This document shows positions 54,126 to 64,000 of a stretch of DNA of 64,000 bases, piece by piece (the stretch's first letter is position 1; every line of letters begins with the position of its first letter). The notes under the pieces are model-generated. The model was not told the origin of the DNA. It worked only from the letters and a program-made list of their open reading frames with translations, and made no database searches. This DNA comes from Collimonas fungivorans Ter331 (GTDB lineage Bacteria; Pseudomonadota; Gammaproteobacteria; Burkholderiales; Burkholderiaceae_D). Where the stretch lies: the NCBI RefSeq assembly GCF_000221045.1, contig NC_015856.1, forward strand, positions 2,622,542 to 2,686,541, written 5' to 3'. A program made the position numbers and the translations under genes.

Positions 54126-55930
54126 CAAGACTCCACCGTTTCCAGCAAAGGAATGCGCAATACGAATTCGGCGCCGCCATCGCTGTGGTTATTTGCCGTC
54201 AGGCGGCCGTTCATCGCCTGTACGATGGACGATGAAATGGCCAGGCCCAGGCCCAATCCCTTGCCGGACGGCTTGGTGGTGAAAAACGGCTCGAACAGGT
54301 GCAAGGCTACCTGGGCCGGAATCCCGGGTCCGGAATCGCGGATGCGGATCACCGCCTCGCCGCCCTCGCATTCCAGCACCAGGGAGACGGTTTTTTGCTC
54401 GGCATTATCCACTGCGTCCAGCGCGTTGCGCAACAGGTTGATCAGCACTTGCTCGGTACGCACAGAGTCGCCCACCACCCGGGCGGCCTGGCGGATCTCG
54501 ATCTGCAGGCTGGCGCCATGGGTCTGGAACTCGTTGTGCAGCAACAAGGCCGCCGCCTCTATCGATTTCGACAAGTCGATGGCGGCGACCGCTTCATGGC
54601 TCTTCCTGGAAAAACCGTTGAGCTGCCCGACGATCTTGCCCATGCGGCCGCTGGCGTTGCTGATATGGCCGAGGTTTTCGGTGGCCTTGTCGGCCTGCCC
54701 GCGCGTCAGGAAAGTCATGGCGTTGTCGGCAAACGCCCGGATCGCCGCCAGCGGCTGGTTCAGTTCATGGGCGATGCCGGCCGCCATCTGGCCCAGCATG
54801 GCCAGCTTGCCGGCCTGGATCAGCTTGTTCTGGGTCGAGCGCAGCAGGTGTTCGGTTTCTTGCAGTTTGGCGTATTTCGCTTCCAGGGTGTGATTCGCCA
54901 CCAGCAGTTCCTGCGTCCTTTGGGCGATGGTCCGGTCCAGGTACTCAGCCGACACCAGGCGTTCTTCCAGCCGGCGCCTGCGCTGGTACAGAGCCCACAG
55001 GAAAAGTCCTGCAATCGCCAGCAACAGCGCTGCAGCCAGGGTCCACAAGATGGCGATGCGGGCGATCCGCGCCTGCGACGGGAATAGCATCAGTTGCCAA
55101 CCCAGGGGGCCGATGCCGCGCGTGACGTGCTGGCCGAAGCCTGAACTCTCTCGATTCGGCAAGGAACTGACCGGGGTAATCGTCCGGTCGGCATATTGAT
55201 GGGTGCCGGTAAGGTCCTGCTGCACCGCGCCGTTCAGCGGATACAGGCTGTGATACTTCCATTCCGGCCGGTTGCTCAGAAAAACCACGCCACTGCTGTC
55301 GACTAGCGTAATCGGATCTTCGCTGCTGCGCCAGGTATGCTCGAATTCGGTCAGGTCTATCTTGACCGCCATCACGCCCAGCACTGCGTTTTCGCCATGG
55401 GCGGCGGCGCTGGCATAAATAGGCTGGGCGATGAAATAACCTGGCACATTGGTGGTGTTGCCTATGCCGTAGAAGCGTCCAGGATTGCCTTTGATCGCCT
55501 CTTTGAAGTAAGGACGGAAACCAAAATCCCTGCCGATAAAACTGGTATCCGAATCCCAGTTGCTGGAAGCCAGCGTCAGGCCATTCCGGTCCAGCATGAA
55601 GATCGCCACCACCTTGGACTGGCGTTGGATCAACTGCAGCGTCTGGTTCAGGCGCTGGATGTTGAGCTTGTCGTCCGGTCGCGCCAGCGCTTGCGACACA
55701 TCCGTCTGGAAGCCGAGGGCAAACGGCAAGGTCTCGAACTTCTGCAGCACCGATTCCAGATCGAGCGCGATGATTTGCAGCTGCCGTTCGCTGGCCTCGC
55801 CGATGTCGCTGCTGGCTTTCCTCGACGCCACGACATAAGTCGTAAGCACTACGCCGGCGGCGCAGACAGACGCCAGCACGATTAAAACCAGCGGCTTTCT
55901 CGCTCTCAACATCACCAGCAGACTTGTCAT
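54125..55930 (-). CDS. dctB: Sensor histidine kinase with periplasmic Cache-like domain (DctB-like)
   Basis: H-box AAGIAHELNQPLAAIRAFADN with N, G1 and G2 boxes. ATG at 55930 (MTSLLVML). The track start at 56116 would overlap the upstream MFS gene. Confidence 0.75.
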   Translation of the reverse strand: MTSLLVMLRARKPLVLIVLASVCAAGVVLTTYVVASRKASSDIGEASERQLQIIALDLESVLQKFETLPFALGFQTDVSQALARPDDKLNIQRLNQTLQLIQRQSKVVAIFMLDRNGLTLASSNWDSDTSFIGRDFGFRPYFKEAIKGNPGRFYGIGNTTNVPGYFIAQPIYASAAAHGENAVLGVMAVKIDLTEFEHTWRSSEDPITLVDSSGVVFLSNRPEWKYHSLYPLNGAVQQDLTGTHQYADRTITPVSSLPNRESSGFGQHVTRGIGPLGWQLMLFPSQARIARIAILWTLAAALLLAIAGLFLWALYQRRRRLEERLVSAEYLDRTIAQRTQELLVANHTLEAKYAKLQETEHLLRSTQNKLIQAGKLAMLGQMAAGIAHELNQPLAAIRAFADNAMTFLTRGQADKATENLGHISNASGRMGKIVGQLNGFSRKSHEAVAAIDLSKSIEAAALLLHNEFQTHGASLQIEIRQAARVVGDSVRTEQVLINLLRNALDAVDNAEQKTVSLVLECEGGEAVIRIRDSGPGIPAQVALHLFEPFFTTKPSGKGLGLGLAISSSIVQAMNGRLTANNHSDGGAEFVLRIPLLETVES

Positions 55931-55942
55931 GGCAGCCACCCG

Positions 55943-55979
55943 AATAAAAAAACCAGCGGCAGGCGGCACTGCCGCCTGC
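55943..55979 (-). terminator. Intrinsic-terminator-like hairpin plus T-tract after the KgtP-like MFS gene
   Basis: On the minus strand: gcaggcggc-agt-gccgcctgc followed by cgctgg TTTTTTTTATT. There is a 6-nt spacer before the U-tract, so strength is uncertain. Confidence 0.45.
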
Positions 55980-55985
55980 TTGAGT

Positions 55986-57332
55986 TCAACGTGATCCTGC
56001 AGGTGCGCCAGCAGCCGCATGCGGCTCAAGCGGAACGTCTTTGAGATAACCTTCCTTGCTCGGATCGCGCATCTTGTAAGCGACGATGAAAGCCAATGCG
56101 CACATGCCCGATACATACCAGTAGAAAGTCGATTCGCTGCCGGCCTTTTTCAGCTCCAGGGCGACCAGTTCGGCCGAACCGCCGAAAATCGCATTGCCCA
56201 CCGCGTAAGACAAACCGACACCCAATGCCCGCACTTCCGGCGGGAACATTTCGGCCTTGATCAGGCCGCTGATCGAGGTATAAAAACTGACGATCGCCAG
56301 CGCCAGGATGACAAAGCCGAACGCCGCATAGGGATTGGTCACATCCTTGAGCGCATGCAGGATCGGCACCGTCGCCACGGTTGCCAGCGCGCCGAACCAG
56401 AGCATCGACGTGCGGCGGCCGATCTTGTCGGACAGCGCGCCGAACAGCGGCTGCATCAGCATGTAGACAAACAGCGCCGCGGTCATCACGGTGCTGGCTG
56501 TCTTGGCATTCATGCCGGCGGTATTGACCAGGTATTTCTGCATGTAGGTGGTAAAAGTGTAGAAAATCAACGAACCGCCGGCGGTGAAGCCAACCACCGT
56601 CAGGAACGCCCTCTTGTGTTTCATCAGGCCTGCCAGAGTGCCGGCATCCTTGTTTTTGCGGGTTTCCGCGGTCGAAGTTTCGCTCAGCGATTTACGCAGG
56701 TAAAGCGCAACCAGTGCGGCTACGGCGCCCAGCACGAAAGGAATGCGCCAGCCCCAGGCGTGCAGCTGCTCGGTGCTCAGGATCTGCTGCAAGATCACCA
56801 GCGCCAATACCGCCAGCAGCTGGCCGCCGATCAGGGTCACGTACTGGAACGAAGCAAAAAACCCGCGCCGCCCTTCCAGCGCGACTTCACTCATGTAGGT
56901 GGCGCTGGTGCCGTATTCGCCGCCCACCGACAAGCCTTGGAACAGGCGCGCCAGCAACAGCAGCAACGGTGCCGCGATGCCGATCGTCTCGTAGGTCGGC
57001 AAGCAGGCAATCATCAGTGAACCGCCGCACATCATCAGCACCGAAATCATCATCGCGGTGCGCCGGCCGTGCTTGTCGGCGATGCGGCCGAACAGCCAGC
57101 CGCCGATAGGCCGCATCAGGAAACCCACTGCAAAGATGGCGGCGGTATTGGCTAGCTGCGTGGTCGCATTGCCGCTGGGGAAAAATTTCGGCGCAAAATA
57201 GATCGCGCAAAACGAATAGATATAAAAATCGAACCACTCGACCAGGTTGCCGGACGAGGCGCCGACAATGGCGAAGATGCGTTTGCGGGTGTCCGCAGCG
57301 GCGGCATGGTCGGACGGATGAAGCGTGGACAT
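55986..57332 (-). CDS. MFS transporter, metabolite:H+ symporter (MHS) family, KgtP/ProP-like
   Basis: [19 protein letters not shown]...[14 protein letters not shown]...[12 protein letters not shown] are MHS family signatures. Confidence 0.8.
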   Translation of the reverse strand: MSTLHPSDHAAAADTRKRIFAIVGASSGNLVEWFDFYIYSFCAIYFAPKFFPSGNATTQLANTAAIFAVGFLMRPIGGWLFGRIADKHGRRTAMMISVLMMCGGSLMIACLPTYETIGIAAPLLLLLARLFQGLSVGGEYGTSATYMSEVALEGRRGFFASFQYVTLIGGQLLAVLALVILQQILSTEQLHAWGWRIPFVLGAVAALVALYLRKSLSETSTAETRKNKDAGTLAGLMKHKRAFLTVVGFTAGGSLIFYTFTTYMQKYLVNTAGMNAKTASTVMTAALFVYMLMQPLFGALSDKIGRRTSMLWFGALATVATVPILHALKDVTNPYAAFGFVILALAIVSFYTSISGLIKAEMFPPEVRALGVGLSYAVGNAIFGGSAELVALELKKAGSESTFYWYVSGMCALAFIVAYKMRDPSKEGYLKDVPLEPHAAAGAPAGSR

Positions 57333-57550
57333 GGTTGTCTCCTGGTTTTAATGTTTTTGTGCAATCCCAGTACACATGCAGCTTGCGCGCAAGCTACATC
57401 ATGCCATCTGGAAGGCTCAACAGGCAAAGGGGATTAACGAATAGGGTTAAGGCGAACTTGAATCGAAGATGGCGAAAGCCTTGCAGCAAGGCAAGTTTAT
57501 CTCAATAGGCATTTTTGTCTCCTGTGGATTGTATTTTTATACAAGGCATC

Positions 57551-57565
57551 GCAGGCTTCGTGCCA
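57551..57565 (-). promoter_or_regulatory. Candidate sigma-54 (-24/-12) promoter facing the KgtP-like transporter gene
   Basis: The minus strand reads TGGCACgaagcCTGC (consensus TGGCAC-N5-TTGC, one mismatch), ~210 nt upstream of the MFS start. A sigma54 regulator pair (dctBD-like) is adjacent. Confidence 0.3.
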
Positions 57566-57775
57566 GCTCTAATGAAAAAGCTAAGTGCTTGATTTGCCGG
57601 AAAAAATTTCGGAGAAAAAACAGATCTCCGGCACTTTTTGTGCGGAAATCCGGAATTCCCGCCTTACGCAGTCCGGATATCCGCCCAGCCGATTTCCCTC
57701 GGCTACGCATATCAAGCGGCGCCAGGCAACGTTATTGCGCTACCATTTGCGCTGCCATAAAAAAGGAAATGCAAC

Positions 57776-57985
57776 ATGAACCAGGAAGACCGCATGGTCG
57801 ATATCGAAATCAGGCTCGCCCGCCAGGACGACATGCTGGACGAGCTGAACAAGCTGGTATATCGGCAGCAACTGAAAATAGACCAGCTTGAAGCGCTATG
57901 CACGGCGCTAGCGCGCCGGATCAAGGATGCTGCCGATAACAGCAATGCGGTCCAGGTCGCCAACGAACGGCCGCCGCATTACTGA
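57776..57985 (+). CDS. slyX: SlyX-family protein
   Basis: IEIRLARQDDMLDELNKLVYRQQLKIDQLEALCTALARRI is the SlyX coiled-coil signature. Confidence 0.8.
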   Translation: MNQEDRMVDIEIRLARQDDMLDELNKLVYRQQLKIDQLEALCTALARRIKDAADNSNAVQVANERPPHY

Positions 57986-58021
57986 TTATTAAATCACAAA
58001 AAAATTTTATCGATTGCTCTC

Positions 58022-58142
58022 GTAGGGTGGGCAAGCATTTTTGCCCACGCGTGAACTCACACCACGTACATGTCATTCCGATGCCACGCTGGCATGTACT
58101 CCGGTTATCGCGATCACGCGTGGGCACAGGTGCCCACCCTAC
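58022..58142. repeat. REP/BIME-like palindromic element (two inverted ~30-bp hairpin units)
   Basis: Unit 1 (58022-58054) is GTAGGGTGGGCAAGCATTTTTGCCCACGCGTGA. Unit 2 (58114-58142), TCACGCGTGGGCACAGGTGCCCACCCTAC, is its inverted copy with a different loop. Each unit is itself a hairpin. The element lies between convergent slyX and pepP. Confidence 0.5.
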
Positions 58143-58159
58143 TTGGCTGACCGCGAACC

Positions 58160-59971
58160 TTACAAAGGCTGGGTCCGGCTCTCCAGCCATTGCTTGGCGT
58201 CGCCCCTCACGTGCGGCGACAGGCGCGCCCTCACCTCGGCGTGATAAGCATTGAGCCAGTCGATTTCGTCGCTGCGCAGCAAGCTGGCGTCGAGGCAGCG
58301 GGTATCGATCGGACACAGGGTCAACGTCTCGAAACGCAGGTATTCGCCGAATTCGCTGGCGGCCGCCGGCTGGTTCAGCACCAGGTTTTCAATCCGCACG
58401 CCCCAGTTGCCGGGCCGGTAAATGCCCGGCTCAATCGAGGTGATCATGCCTGGCTCCATCGCGGTATGCGCATCGGGTGCGGCGCTGCCGGAAATGACTT
58501 GCGGGCCTTCATGCACATTCAGGAAATAACCGACGCCGTGACCGGTGCCATGGCCGTAATCAATGCCGGCGGCCCAGATCGGCGCCCGTGCGATCGCATC
58601 CAGCAACGGGGATTTGATGGAGCGCGGAAACTGCGCCGACGACAGCGCAATCACGCCCTTCAGCACCAATGTGCAATCGCGCTTTTGCGCCGCCGACGGC
58701 TGGCCGATCGGCACCATGCGGGTGATGTCGGTGGTGCCGCCCACATACTGGCCGCCGGAGTCGATCAGCAGCAAACCGTCGCCGCTGATGGTGGCGTGCG
58801 ATTCGGCGCTGGCCTTGTAGTGCGGCATGGCGCCGTTGGCGTTGAAGCCGGCGATGGTGGCGAAGCTGGGGCTGACAAAACCGGAGCGGCGCGCGCGGGC
58901 GGCGGTGATATGGGTATCGACCATCACTTCGGTGACGGTTTCCTTGCCCAGGGCTTGCTCCAGCCAGGCAAAGAATTCGCACAGCGCGGCGCCGTCCTGT
59001 TCCATGGCGGCGCGCACATGCGCTACTTCGTCGGCGCTTTTGCGCGATTTGGCAAAGGTGGTCGGGTTGATCGTTTCCACTACGTTGACCGCAGTCGGCA
59101 CCGCTTGCCGCAATCCCAGCGTGACGCGGCGCGGGTCAAGCAGCAGCGTGGCATTGGTCGACAAGGCCGCCAGCGCTTCGGCCGCTTCAGCATAAGGCGC
59201 CAGCGCGACGCCATCTTGGCTCAGCAGCTCGCGCAAGGCCGGCGGGACTTTGCCGTCGGCGACGAACAGCATGGCGCGTTTTGGCCCGATCAGGGCGTGC
59301 GCCAGGAATACCGGGTTGTAATTGACGTCGGCGCCGCGCAAATTGAACAGATAAGCGATATCGTCCAGGGTCGAAATGAAGTGCCATTGCGCGCCGTGCT
59401 GCTGCATGGCCTGGCGCAGCTGTTCCAGCTTGGCCGCGCGCGACAGCGGCGCATGCGATGCCTGGTGCTGGTATACCTCGGCCATCGGCAGGCCGGGCCG
59501 CTCGCTCCAGATTTCGCCCAGTATGTCGAGATCGGTGCGCAGGCTGCTGCCGCCTTTGGCCAGCGCCTGTTCCAGCGCACGCGCGGTGGCCAGCCCCAGC
59601 ACCGCGCCGTCGACGGCCAGCGTTTTTCCGGCCGGCAGGTTGGCGGACAGCCAGTCGAGGTGCAGCAGGCTGTTGCCCGACGGCGTTTTCATCAGCACGA
59701 TTTCGGTGCCGGCCAGTTCTGCTTCCGCCTGCGACCAGTAGCGGCTGTCAGCCCACAGGCCGGCGAAGTCGGCGGTGATGATCAGGTTGGCGACCGAACC
59801 GGTGAAGCCCGACAGCCATTCCCTTCCCTTCCAGCGCCCCGGCAGGTACTCGGACAGATGCGGATCGGCCGAAGGAATCAGGCAGGCGTCGACATCGTGG
59901 CGCTGCATGGCGGCGCGCAGCTGCTCGATGCGCGGTGCGGAAGTATTCTGGGAAAAGGTTCGGGAGTTCAT
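58160..59971 (-). CDS. pepP: Xaa-Pro aminopeptidase (aminopeptidase P, M24B family)
   Basis: N-terminal creatinase-like region plus a C-terminal pita-bread fold with metal ligands (HGTGHGVG...E). ~600 aa, typical of long-form PepP. Confidence 0.85.
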   Translation of the reverse strand: MNSRTFSQNTSAPRIEQLRAAMQRHDVDACLIPSADPHLSEYLPGRWKGREWLSGFTGSVANLIITADFAGLWADSRYWSQAEAELAGTEIVLMKTPSGNSLLHLDWLSANLPAGKTLAVDGAVLGLATARALEQALAKGGSSLRTDLDILGEIWSERPGLPMAEVYQHQASHAPLSRAAKLEQLRQAMQQHGAQWHFISTLDDIAYLFNLRGADVNYNPVFLAHALIGPKRAMLFVADGKVPPALRELLSQDGVALAPYAEAAEALAALSTNATLLLDPRRVTLGLRQAVPTAVNVVETINPTTFAKSRKSADEVAHVRAAMEQDGAALCEFFAWLEQALGKETVTEVMVDTHITAARARRSGFVSPSFATIAGFNANGAMPHYKASAESHATISGDGLLLIDSGGQYVGGTTDITRMVPIGQPSAAQKRDCTLVLKGVIALSSAQFPRSIKSPLLDAIARAPIWAAGIDYGHGTGHGVGYFLNVHEGPQVISGSAAPDAHTAMEPGMITSIEPGIYRPGNWGVRIENLVLNQPAAASEFGEYLRFETLTLCPIDTRCLDASLLRSDEIDWLNAYHAEVRARLSPHVRGDAKQWLESRTQPL

Positions 59972-60165
59972 AGAGGGCGGGATGGAATAAGCGTTTTAGG
60001 TGGATGGATTCACTTGCCGTTAAGCCGCCAAGCATACCACCGGGAGAGGAAAAACGGGGTCTTGCACCTGTCCGCAACTGACAATCGAAAAAACGAGTAA
60101 GCTCACACGTCACAGTAGCTGCAAAAAAATTCTGATCATCATAATTTCTCCCAGAGGAAATCGTC

Positions 60166-62286
<2,121 letters not shown>

Positions 62287-62291
62287 TGTCT

Positions 62292-62323
62292 GGTATGGCC
62301 GGAACAACAGCTCCGGCCATACC
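62292..62323 (+). terminator. Stem-loop between convergent fusA and ribA
   Basis: ggtatggccgg-aacaacagct-ccggccatacc with a weak T-tract (atcgttt) after it. Confidence 0.4.
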
Positions 62324-62343
62324 ATCGTTTGACTACGGTTTGA

Positions 62344-63018
62344 CTACAGCTCGTTTTCGTCGAGGTCGTGTTCCATGCCGTCAATCGGCAGCAAGTGACC
62401 CAGTTTCGCCGCCTTGGTGTCGAGGTAGCGGGTATTGAAGGGATTGCGGTTGAGGATGAGGGGAATCCGCTCGACCACGGTAATGCCGATCTTCTGCAGC
62501 GCTGCTACCTTGCGCGGGTTGTTGGTCATCAGCCGCAAGGCCGTGATGTCCAAGTGCTCCAGCATGGTTTCGCAAATGGTGTAATCGCGCAGGTCGGCAG
62601 CGAATCCCAGTTGCTGGTTAGCTTCCACCGTGTCCGCGCCGCCGTCCTGGATATGGTAGGCGCGCAGCTTGTTGATCAAGCCGATGCCGCGCCCTTCCTG
62701 GCGCAAATACAATATGGCGCCGCGCCCTTCCGCGGCGATCTTCTGCAAAGCCCCTTCCAGTTGCGCGCCGCAATCGCAGCGCTGGCTGAACAAGGCGTCG
62801 CCGGTCAGGCATTCGGAATGGACGCGCGCCAACACCGGCGCGCCGTCGTTGACTGCGCCCAGGGTCAAGGCCAGGTGTTCTTTGCCGGTGGCGTGTTCGA
62901 TAAAGGCATGCAGCTGGAAGGTTGCCCAAGGCGTCGGCAGCGCGCAAGAAGTCACATACTCCAGTTTTTGGTCGGCTACGGCGGCAGCTAGGCTGCTTTT
63001 GTTATTAGTGGTGCTCAT
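62344..63018 (-). CDS. ribA: GTP cyclohydrolase II
   Basis: Zn-site [21 protein letters not shown] and catalytic [14 protein letters not shown]...TNNPRK. ATG at 63018 (MSTTNNKS). The track start at 63138 is GTG further upstream. Confidence 0.8.
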   Translation of the reverse strand: MSTTNNKSSLAAAVADQKLEYVTSCALPTPWATFQLHAFIEHATGKEHLALTLGAVNDGAPVLARVHSECLTGDALFSQRCDCGAQLEGALQKIAAEGRGAILYLRQEGRGIGLINKLRAYHIQDGGADTVEANQQLGFAADLRDYTICETMLEHLDITALRLMTNNPRKVAALQKIGITVVERIPLILNRNPFNTRYLDTKAAKLGHLLPIDGMEHDLDENEL

Positions 63019-63247
63019 CAGGTAGATTTGTGGTGAATAAAATGCACGGCATTGCATAAATGGCACATACGTTTCGGTTTTAACATTACTTAACATGCCA
63101 TCGCTAGCCTTCCATTTTACGAGCATTCCAACAAACACGTATGACGCGCCGGCGGCCGTACCCCTCCGGGCAGGCGCCGAAATTGACCGGATAACAACGA
63201 AAAATCAAGGCGGAACCGTAAAACCGATGGGGTTTGCTATTGAAGCC

Positions 63248-64000
63248 CTAGGAACCGGGCCATGAGATTTGTTCAAATAACCGCTGTAAACGCTCGCCGC
63301 GTTGCGGGTTCACCATCCGCACATAGGAGACCCGGCCGGCCAGGAATTGCTGGTAGTTATCTCGCCCGTCCCGGTTCTGCGACGCCGGGCCGTGGCGTAT
63401 GCAGTTTGTCAGCGCGGCCTTCAGGTTGTCGAATTCCTGGCGCGGAATATTGGAATGGCGGTTGACCACGATGCCGGTCACCTGCTGCCGGACACCGCTG
63501 CGCATCATCCTGGTTTTCCTGGCGTTGACGGCAAAACCCTCTTCCAATGCGATTGCCGCCACTTGCAGGTGGAAACGGTCCATCGCCCGTTCCAGCTTGT
63601 GCTCTCAGGAAAACACCAGGTCATCGGCGTAGCGGCTGTAACTGGCGCCGAGCGCCGTCGCCAATGCCTGCAATCGTATGTCCAGCCGGTAAGCGCACAA
63701 ATTGGCAAGCGCCGGCGAGCATGGGGAGCCTTGCGGCAAATGGCGTGCGCGCAAGGCCTGGCGTTCTTGCCAAGGAATTTTTTGCTCCGGCTGGTTCAGC
63801 ACGCTGCCCGGGGTCCGGTGTGTGCACAAGCGGGACAGCAAACCAGCCACTTTAGGCGGATAACCAAGCTTGGCAAATAATGCGTGGATCCTGGCCGCCG
63901 GAATGCTTGGAAAAAAATCCTTCAGGTCCATCCGTATCACTACCCGCTTGCCGGCATGCAGCGCCGCGTGCGTTACGCATGAATGGCCACGACGGAAGCC
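63248..64000 (-). pseudogene. Retron-type reverse transcriptase, interrupted by an in-frame TGA. The N-terminal ~60 aa lie beyond the window.
   Basis: Minus-strand translation gives ...VTHAALHAGKRVVIRMDLKDFFPSI...LPQGSPCSPALANL...YSRYADDLVFS, then a stop, then EHKLERAMDRFHLQVAAIALEEGFAVNARKTRMM...RQQVTGIVVN. These are RT motifs 1-7 plus the retron-specific VTG motif. The TGA at 63605-63607 is in frame with both halves. Confidence 0.6.

Noticed and set aside
62326-62348. Direct repeat GTTTGACTAC x2 after the fusA hairpin
   Set aside because: Only two short copies in a convergent intergenic region; most likely incidental.
63019-63247. Possible FMN riboswitch upstream of ribA
   Set aside because: The leader lacks the conserved RFN-element blocks. 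Its GC-rich hairpin is more simply the terminator of the upstream RT gene.

Overview
This is a high-GC (~65%) proteobacterial chromosomal window. The first ~60% is coded almost entirely on the minus strand. Betaproteobacteria/Burkholderiales is a guess from gene content and GC only. The supplied ORF track accepts TTG/GTG starts, so several starts were re-derived by hand from RBS/ATG context. All calls rest on motif recognition in the translated ORFs; no searches were run.

Contents, in order:
1. 1-12.6 kb: an atypical Tad/Flp-pilus-like locus. It comprises tadB (partial), cpaF fused to an N-terminal FHA domain, an antisense DUF192 gene, the cpaC secretin, cpaB, two Flp-type pilins (G/XXXXEY), three unusually large TadE/TadG-like pseudopilins (391-809 aa), a secreted unknown protein, and a MerR-family regulator beside a ~950-bp AT-rich non-coding tract. 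No TadZ/CpaE or TadV prepilin peptidase is seen in the window.
2. 13.5-19.6 kb: a 2021-aa autotransporter adhesin with ~16 tandem He_PIG/Ig-like repeats.
3. 19.9-24.2 kb: three tandem phage-tail-collar (MdpB-like) paralogs plus a GNAT acetyltransferase on the plus strand. These converge on a small unknown protein, a JmjC/cupin oxygenase, a small membrane protein and a YbjQ gene.
4. 24.3-30.9 kb: an NADPH oxidoreductase and a TetR-HlyD-ABC-ABC2-NodT tripartite efflux operon.
5. 31-34.3 kb: a flotillin and a triple-YbjQ-domain protein.
6. 35.1-50 kb: an E. coli-type cdiB-cdiA-cdiI contact-dependent inhibition locus. CdiA is 3486 aa with a VEANN (VENN-like) pretoxin motif. The ~366-aa C-terminal toxin, the cdiI gene and the downstream genes (DUF2971 protein, unknown protein, a 25-bp inverted repeat) form a distinctly low-GC tract consistent with horizontal acquisition.
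7. 50-63 kb: housekeeping and transport genes. These are a TetA-like MFS transporter, an acyltransferase-3 protein, a DctB/DctD-like sigma54 two-component pair, a KgtP-like MFS transporter, SlyX, PepP, an EF-G paralog and RibA, plus a REP/BIME-like palindromic element.
8. 63.2-64 kb (window edge): the C-terminal two-thirds of a retron-type reverse transcriptase interrupted by an in-frame TGA.

No CRISPR array, rRNA or tRNA was recognised.
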